This document shows, piece by piece, positions 57,986 through 64,000 of a stretch of 64,000 nt of DNA (positions are counted from its first letter, which is position 1; each line of letters begins with the position of its first letter). The notes beneath the pieces were generated by a model. The model was not told the origin of the DNA. It searched no databases and saw only the letters and a program-made list of their open reading frames with translations. The position numbers and the translations under genes were made by a program. Source of the stretch: an uncultured Gemmatimonadales bacterium (lineage in GTDB: Bacteria > Gemmatimonadota > Gemmatimonadetes > Longimicrobiales > Gaopeijiaceae); NCBI GenBank assembly GCA_963809895.1, contig CAWELD010000010.1:224001-288000 (forward strand), given 5' to 3'.

Positions 57986-60900
57986 ATGAGCGATACCACC
58001 CAAGCGGCGGTGACGCGGGTCCGGAAGGACTCGCCTACCGTCGACGCCGTCTGCCGGCAACTCGAGCGCCACGTGAGCGCCGACGAATGCGCCCTGGTCA
58101 TCGAGTTCGCCGAGATCTTCTTCTCCAAGACCCCGCCGGGGTTCCTCCACGAGCGGAGCACCGACGCGTTGGCCCACCTGGTCCTGGGGGCCTTCCGCTT
58201 CCTTCAGGGGAGCCGTCCGGACAGGGTCGACGTCCAGGTCTTCAACCCCGACGTGGACAACGAGGGATGGTACGCGCCGGTCACGCTGATCCGCACGAAC
58301 CTCTCCGAGCGCCCGTTCATCGTGGACACGATCAGGGAGTTCCTGCACGCCCAGGAGCTGCCCATCGAGCAGAACATCTATCCCGTCCTGCACGTCGGAC
58401 GCGACGAGACCGGTGAGGTCGTCGAGGTCAAGCCGTCGCGCGAGGGCGTTCGGCGCGAGTCGCTCGTGCACTGCGAGATCGCCCGGGTCGCCGACGAGGA
58501 CACCCTCGAGCGGATCCGCCAGGAGCTGCAGAGCCGTCTCGAAGACGTGGTCCGTGCCACCGACGACTTCCAGGCCATGCGCGCTGAGGCGGATGCCATC
58601 ATCGAGGAGATGGATCTGCGAGCCGCCGAGCTCCCGGCGCGGCGGGCCGAGCTGGAGGAGATCCAGGCGTTCCTGAGGTGGCTGCGGGACGGCGCCTTCG
58701 TCTTCCTGGGCTACCGCGGCTACGACCTGGTGCCCCAGGACGGCGAGCGAGCCGTGCGGGTGGAGGCGGGCTCGGGGCTGGGCGTGCTCCGCGACGAGAG
58801 CGCGTCGACGTTCTCGGAGCCCGTGGCGCTGTCGGAGTTGCCTGGAGGCATGCGCGAGCTGGTAGAGGGAGGCCCGCTTCTCATCATCAGCAAGACCAAT
58901 GCGGAGTCGACGGTGCACCGGCGTGCCCGCATGGACTACATCGGCGTCAAGAAGATGGGGCCCGACGGTGCGATCCACGGTGAGCATCGCTTCCTCGGGC
59001 TCTTCACCTCCAAGGCGTTCGCGGAAGAGGCGGAGCGCATCCCGATCCTGCGGGAGAAGTTGCAGACGATTCTGGAGGATGCCGGCGTCCAGGAAGGATC
59101 ACACGACTACAAGGAGATCAACACGATCTTCAACTCCATGCCGAAGGAGGAGCTCTTCCTCACTTCGGCGGTGGAGATCGGCGCCGATGTCCAGACCGTC
59201 CTCACCACCTACCACGCCGACGACGTGCGCGTGACGCTGCGCGGAGATCCCCTCCGGCGCGGCGTCTCCGTGATGGTCATCCTGCCCAAGGACAAGTTCT
59301 CGTCCGAGGTGCGGCGCCAGATCGAGCGGGCATTGGTGGAGATGTTCCACGGTGAGGCGCTCAACTATCATCTGGCATTGAGCGAAGCGGAGCAGGCGCG
59401 CCTGCACTTCTACATGGCGGCCACGCCGGACCGGATCGAGCATGTGGAGGCGAGTCATCTGGAGGCGATGCTCACCGAGCTCATCCGCTCCTGGGAAGAC
59501 CGGGTCCGCGAGGGTCTCGAGCGTGTGCGCCCCGCCGACGAGGCGCGCCGACTCGCCCGTCGCTACGGTGACGCCTTCAGCCCCGAATACCAGGCCGCCA
59601 CGCCGGCGTTGACGGCCGTGCAGGACATTCTCGAGCTGGAGGCCATGGCGGCGGACCGGCGGCCGGTTGCGGTGGCGTTCGCGAATCCGGACGTGTCGCC
59701 GGCGGCGCCCGGTGGCGAGCGGGTCACCGAGTTGAAGCTCTACCTCCAGGGCGAGCGGCTGGTGCTGTCGGACTTCATGCCCATCCTGGAGAACTGCGGC
59801 CTGCGGGTCATCGCCGTGAATCCCTTCGACGTCGAGGGCTCCGACGTCCAGAGGGCCATCATCTACACCTTCGCGGTCCAGGATTCGGAAGGGAGACCCC
59901 TCGAGGTCGAAGGCCGGGGATCGCTGCTCGGCCAGGCCATTCTCGCCGTGCGCGCCGGCGACGCCTCAAACGACGGGCTCAACAGCCTGGTCCTGGGCGT
60001 GGGACTCCACTGGCGCGAGGTGGACGTGCTGCGCACCTACGCGGGGTACGCCTTCCAGGTAGGAGCCGTGCCCAGTCGGATTTCGCTGCCCTCCGCGCTC
60101 ACCAAGCACACCGACGTGGCCCGCATTTTCTTCGACTGGTTCCGGGCCCGCTTCGATCCGGCGGCGGGAGCGACCGTCGAAGACCGACTGCCCGCGGTGG
60201 ACGACATCCGACGGTCCTTCACGGCGGCGCTGGCCAGCGTGGAGCTTCTGTCCGACGACCGGGCGCTCCGCCGCATGGCGGTTCTGCTCGATGCCACGCT
60301 GCGCACGAACTACTATCGCCACGGCGGGCGGACTCCTACCCGTCGCTCCGGGGGCGCCCCGTACATCTCGCTCAAGTTCGACGCGCGCAGGCTGGACAGC
60401 ATCCAGAAGACGCGCCTGCGCTACGAGGTGTACGTGCGTTCGTCACGGATGGAGGGTGTGCATCTGCGCGGCGCCTCGGTGGCTCGGGGCGGCATCCGGT
60501 GGAGCGACCGTCCCGACGACTTCCGCATCGAGATCCTGGGCCTGGTGAAGACCCAGATGGTGAAGAACGCGGTCATCGTGCCCGGGGGCTCCAAGGGAGG
60601 GTTCATCGCCACCCGCCTGCCCGCGGACCCCGAGGCCCGCGGCGAGGAGGGCAAGGAGCAATACCGTACGCTGATTCGCGGCCTCCTCGATCTGACCGAC
60701 AATCTCGATCCTTCGGGGGCGACGGTTCCGCCGGAGAACGTGGTGTGCTGGGACGACCCCGATCCCTACCTGGTGGTGGCGGCGGACAAGGGGACGGCGA
60801 AGTTCTCCGACGTGGCCAATGGGGTGTCGGCGGAGTACGGCTTCTGGTTGGGGGATGCCTTCGCCTCCGGTGGATCGCACGGGTACGATCACAAGGTCGT

Positions 60901-62896
60901 GGGCATCACGGCCAGAGGTGCGTGGGAGTGTGTGAAGCGGCACTTCCGGGAGAAGGGCAAGAACATCCAGGAGGAGCCGTTCACCGTGGTGGGCATCGGC
61001 GACATGAGCGGTGACGTCTTCGGCAACGGCATGCTCCTGTCCCGGAAGATCCGGCTCATCGCGGCCTTCGATCACCGGCACGTGTTCGTGGACCCGGATC
61101 CCGATCCCGAGGCCTCGTACCAGGAACGGGAGCGACTCTTCTCACTGGGGCGCTCCTCGTGGGAGGACTACGACGCCAGCGTCCTGAGCGAAGGCGCCCT
61201 TATCGTACCCCGTGGGGCGAAGGAGGTGGAGCTCTCGCCCCAGGCTCGATCGGCCCTGGGGATGCCGGAGGATACGGGCATCATCGATGGAGAGACCCTG
61301 GTGCGCGCCGTACTGCGGGCGCCGGTGGAGCTGCTCTGGAACGGCGGCATCGGCACCTACGTGAAGGCGGACTTCGAATCCCACGGCGAGGCCGGTGATG
61401 CATCGAACGACGCGGTCCGCGTGGATGCCGGGGAGCTGCGCTGCCAGGTCGTCGGCGAAGGAGGCAATCTCGGACTGACCCAGGCCGCGCGCGTGCAGTA
61501 CGCCTTGAGGGGCGGGCGCATCAACACCGATGCCCTGGACAATTCGGGTGGCGTGTCGCTCTCGGACCGCGAGGTCAATCTGAAGATCCTCCTGGGGCCC
61601 GCCGTGCAGGCCGGTGCTCTGTCCGAGGATGATCGCAACGACCTGCTGGAGCGTCTCACCGATCAGGTCGCCGACCTCGTCCTGTACGACAACTGGTCCC
61701 AGAGTCTCGCCATCTCGCTGGACGAGCTCCGGGTCGAGGACATGCTGGACGAGTTTCGGGATCTGATGACGGGCCTCGAGCGAGACGGGCTGCTGGACCG
61801 GGCCGCCGAAGGTCTGCCCTCCATGGAGATCCTGGTGGAGCGGGCCGACGCCGGCCACGCGCTCACCCGACCGGAGCTGTGCGTGCTTCTCGCCTACGCC
61901 AAGCTCTCGGTGAAGGCACATCTGTTGAAGAGCCCGCTGCCCGACGATCCGGCGCTGGAGAGCTACCTGCTGCACTACTTTCCCACGCAGGCCACCTCGG
62001 AGGCCGGCGCGGATCGGCTCAAGCAGCACCGTCTGCGCCGGGAGATCGTGACGAGCCAGGCGACGAACGACGTCGTGGACCTCATGGGAGCGAGCTTCGT
62101 GCACCGCGTCGCGCGGGACACGGGCCGGGGGGCCGACGAGGTCGTGCGCGCGTGGATGGTGGCGGCCCGACTGGCCGATCACCGCGCCCTGCTCCGCGAG
62201 CTCGCCGTGCCCGGCAGGCCGCTTCGTACCACCGATGCGTACCGTTGGTTGCTGGGCCTCGGAAGGGTGCTGGAGCGTACCACGCGCTGGGTGTTGTACA
62301 ACACGGGGCCCGACGATTCGGCCACCGACATCATCGGCCGGAATGCCGGTGGCCTGCGCACGCTCCGGAGCCACTTCCACGACATCGTTGCGGGTCACGA
62401 CCGGGAGGTCTTCGAGGGACGGGTCGAGGAGCTCATGGCCCTGGGCTCGGACGAGGACTTCGCCAGGGAGCTCATCACCTTGCGCTTCCTGGACCAGCTC
62501 CTGGAGGTCCTTCGCATCGCCCGCGAAACGGACTCCGACGCGCTGGACGCCGCGCGGGCGTACTACAGGGTGTCGGATCTCATGCATGTGCCCTGGCTGC
62601 GGGAAGCCATCTTCGAGAGCGCCGAAGACGACCGCTGGGAGCAGCGCGCCGCGCAGGCGTTGGCCGACGACCTCAGCCGTGCCCACCACCGCATGGTGGC
62701 CCAGGTCATGCGCAAGCGGGACGGCGGCCCCGACGTGGGCGAGGCGGCCACCCGACTCCTGGAGCATCGGGCCCGCGACGTGGAGCGGTTCAGACGGCTG
62801 CTGGAAGAGATCCGTGCCGAAGACGTCATGACGCTGTCCGGGTTTTCCGTGGCCGTGCGCGAGATGACCGTGCTCTCGGAGAAGATGGGCGCCTGA
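57986..62896 (+). CDS. gdhB: Large NAD-specific glutamate dehydrogenase
   Basis: About 1636 aa. ARGGIRWSDR, QMVKNAVIVP.GSKGGF, LVVAADKGTA, FASGGS.GYDHK, GDMSGDVFGNGML, EGGNLG, DNSGGV. Confidence 0.95.
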   Translation: MSDTTQAAVTRVRKDSPTVDAVCRQLERHVSADECALVIEFAEIFFSKTPPGFLHERSTDALAHLVLGAFRFLQGSRPDRVDVQVFNPDVDNEGWYAPVTLIRTNLSERPFIVDTIREFLHAQELPIEQNIYPVLHVGRDETGEVVEVKPSREGVRRESLVHCEIARVADEDTLERIRQELQSRLEDVVRATDDFQAMRAEADAIIEEMDLRAAELPARRAELEEIQAFLRWLRDGAFVFLGYRGYDLVPQDGERAVRVEAGSGLGVLRDESASTFSEPVALSELPGGMRELVEGGPLLIISKTNAESTVHRRARMDYIGVKKMGPDGAIHGEHRFLGLFTSKAFAEEAERIPILREKLQTILEDAGVQEGSHDYKEINTIFNSMPKEELFLTSAVEIGADVQTVLTTYHADDVRVTLRGDPLRRGVSVMVILPKDKFSSEVRRQIERALVEMFHGEALNYHLALSEAEQARLHFYMAATPDRIEHVEASHLEAMLTELIRSWEDRVREGLERVRPADEARRLARRYGDAFSPEYQAATPALTAVQDILELEAMAADRRPVAVAFANPDVSPAAPGGERVTELKLYLQGERLVLSDFMPILENCGLRVIAVNPFDVEGSDVQRAIIYTFAVQDSEGRPLEVEGRGSLLGQAILAVRAGDASNDGLNSLVLGVGLHWREVDVLRTYAGYAFQVGAVPSRISLPSALTKHTDVARIFFDWFRARFDPAAGATVEDRLPAVDDIRRSFTAALASVELLSDDRALRRMAVLLDATLRTNYYRHGGRTPTRRSGGAPYISLKFDARRLDSIQKTRLRYEVYVRSSRMEGVHLRGASVARGGIRWSDRPDDFRIEILGLVKTQMVKNAVIVPGGSKGGFIATRLPADPEARGEEGKEQYRTLIRGLLDLTDNLDPSGATVPPENVVCWDDPDPYLVVAADKGTAKFSDVANGVSAEYGFWLGDAFASGGSHGYDHKVVGITARGAWECVKRHFREKGKNIQEEPFTVVGIGDMSGDVFGNGMLLSRKIRLIAAFDHRHVFVDPDPDPEASYQERERLFSLGRSSWEDYDASVLSEGALIVPRGAKEVELSPQARSALGMPEDTGIIDGETLVRAVLRAPVELLWNGGIGTYVKADFESHGEAGDASNDAVRVDAGELRCQVVGEGGNLGLTQAARVQYALRGGRINTDALDNSGGVSLSDREVNLKILLGPAVQAGALSEDDRNDLLERLTDQVADLVLYDNWSQSLAISLDELRVEDMLDEFRDLMTGLERDGLLDRAAEGLPSMEILVERADAGHALTRPELCVLLAYAKLSVKAHLLKSPLPDDPALESYLLHYFPTQATSEAGADRLKQHRLRREIVTSQATNDVVDLMGASFVHRVARDTGRGADEVVRAWMVAARLADHRALLRELAVPGRPLRTTDAYRWLLGLGRVLERTTRWVLYNTGPDDSATDIIGRNAGGLRTLRSHFHDIVAGHDREVFEGRVEELMALGSDEDFARELITLRFLDQLLEVLRIARETDSDALDAARAYYRVSDLMHVPWLREAIFESAEDDRWEQRAAQALADDLSRAHHRMVAQVMRKRDGGPDVGEAATRLLEHRARDVERFRRLLEEIRAEDVMTLSGFSVAVREMTVLSEKMGA

Positions 62897-62919
62897 GGCA
62901 GCGGTCCGGCCAGACGCGC

Positions 62920-62953
62920 GAATGCCCCGCCGGACGCATCCGGCGGGGCATTC
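62920..62953. terminator. Bidirectional terminator hairpin
   Basis: GAATGCCCCGCCGGA-CGCA-TCCGGCGGGGCATTC, a perfect 15-bp stem between convergent genes. Confidence 0.8.
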
Positions 62954-62975
62954 TGTCTCGAGTCGCGCCACTACA

Positions 62976-63386
62976 CTAGCGCGCGGCTTTCAACACGTCG
63001 TCGACGTAGGAGTCCACGTTGGCGAGCACCTTGACCAGGTCCTTGCGTGCCTCGGCGGCAGACAGGTCGCCGGCGAATTTGAGCAGCACCTTGCGAATGG
63101 CATCGCGATCGCCGTTGGAGCCGGCGGCCTGGGCGGCGGCCTTCCTGCGCGAGACACGGCGCCGCGGGCGCGCAGGCTTGGCCTCCTTCTGCTTGTCCTT
63201 CGCAGCCGCAGCTTGCCGCCGCTTGATCTGTAGCGGATAACGGGCGTGGAACTGCCGAACGGTGAGTTGTTTCACCGAGGGGAGCGTGCCCTTCGCCTTC
63301 TCGTAGAGGTCAGAGGTCTTCGCATCGGGATTCTTGCGAAGCTCGTCCTGGACGAAGGACATGACCTTGTCGTCGGTCTTCGCCAT
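62976..63386 (-). CDS. Small basic hypothetical protein (nucleoid-associated candidate)
   Basis: 136 aa with a K/R/A-rich centre. SD GGAGGT at 63399-63394. Confidence 0.75.
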   Translation of the reverse strand: MAKTDDKVMSFVQDELRKNPDAKTSDLYEKAKGTLPSVKQLTVRQFHARYPLQIKRRQAAAAKDKQKEAKPARPRRRVSRRKAAAQAAGSNGDRDAIRKVLLKFAGDLSAAEARKDLVKVLANVDSYVDDVLKAAR

Positions 63387-63433
63387 CTTGGATACCTCCC
63401 TGGGGGGGGATGGATTGTCGGTACAGTCCTCCC

Positions 63434-63461
63434 ATTATGCCAGGATTGTCGTCTCTGTCAA
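63434..63461 (-). promoter_or_regulatory. Strong sigma-70 promoter
   Basis: Minus strand TTGACA-16 nt-CATAAT with TGn extended -10. Confidence 0.7.
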
Positions 63462-63484
63462 CGACGCCCTCTGCGATAGTCACC

Positions 63485-64000
63485 ATGGATGCTTCGGAAA
63501 TCACCGGACTACTGGACTTTCTGCGGGCTGCGGAACAGCTGAAGAGCACATATCGCAGCGCCTGGACCTCGACGGGCGAGCGGGAGAGCACAGCCGAGCA
63601 CACCTGGCGATTGAGCCTGATGGCCGTGCTCGTCGGCCCGGACTATCCGGACGTCGATGTGGGACGACTATTGCAGATCTGTGTCGTTCACGATCTGGGC
63701 GAGGCCGTCGGTGGCGATATTCCAGCGGTGGACCAGGATCCGGCGGTCAGCAAGGCGCCCGGGGAACGCGAGGACCTGGCAGCTTGACCGAATCCCTGCC
63801 GTCACGGTTGGGTCGGCGACTGCTGGATCTATGGGATGAATACGAGGCGGCGGAGACGGCCGAGGCGCGTTTGGCCAAGGCGCTGGACAAGCTCGAGACG
63901 ATCCTTCAGCACAATCAGGGACGGAATCCCCCGGACTTCGACTACCGCTTCAACCTCGACTATGGGAGGCGCTACACGGCGGGCGATCCTCTCGTGGAAG
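63485..64000 (+). pseudogene. HDDC2/YfbR-like HD hydrolase with frameshift near 63783 (3' end outside window)
   Basis: LK...R..W....ESTAEHTWRL...VHDLGE...GD stops at 63787. Another frame continues LTESLP...LWDEYE...EARLAKALDKLETILQH. Confidence 0.8.

Overview
This is a GC-rich (roughly 70% by eye), densely coding bacterial chromosomal segment of about 59 genes, mostly housekeeping and metabolic. Recognisable genes include a sigma-70 factor, rsgA, a Btu/Fec-type ABC importer, trpE, ctaA, corA, sucA, a large NAD-glutamate dehydrogenase, apbE, pgeF and several peptidases. The gene style suggests a Gemmatimonadota-like organism, but that is inference only. I saw no rRNA, tRNA, CRISPR array, transposase, integrase or prophage. 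The most notable items are: (1) an OsmC-like gene (51172-51642) whose in-frame UGA sits at the catalytic Cys position and is followed by a SECIS-like hairpin, so it is a probable selenoprotein, in a pgeF / Cys4 mini-protein / Sec-OsmC operon; (2) a translationally coupled operon (9703-13338) encoding a flavin reductase, a membrane protein and an SbcD/SbcC (Mre11/Rad50) pair whose nuclease and ATPase motifs are degenerate while the zinc hook is kept, with an intact YhaO/YhaN-type pair about 40 kb away; (3) a histidine-kinase-like protein lacking the phosphoacceptor His; (4) a multi-hairpin intergenic RNA candidate (about 23360-23620); (5) a small basic nucleoid-protein candidate with strong expression signals (62976-63386). 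Two genes carry single-base frameshifts, which could be pseudogenes or assembly indels. All calls come from motif recognition without database searches, and start codons are best estimates.
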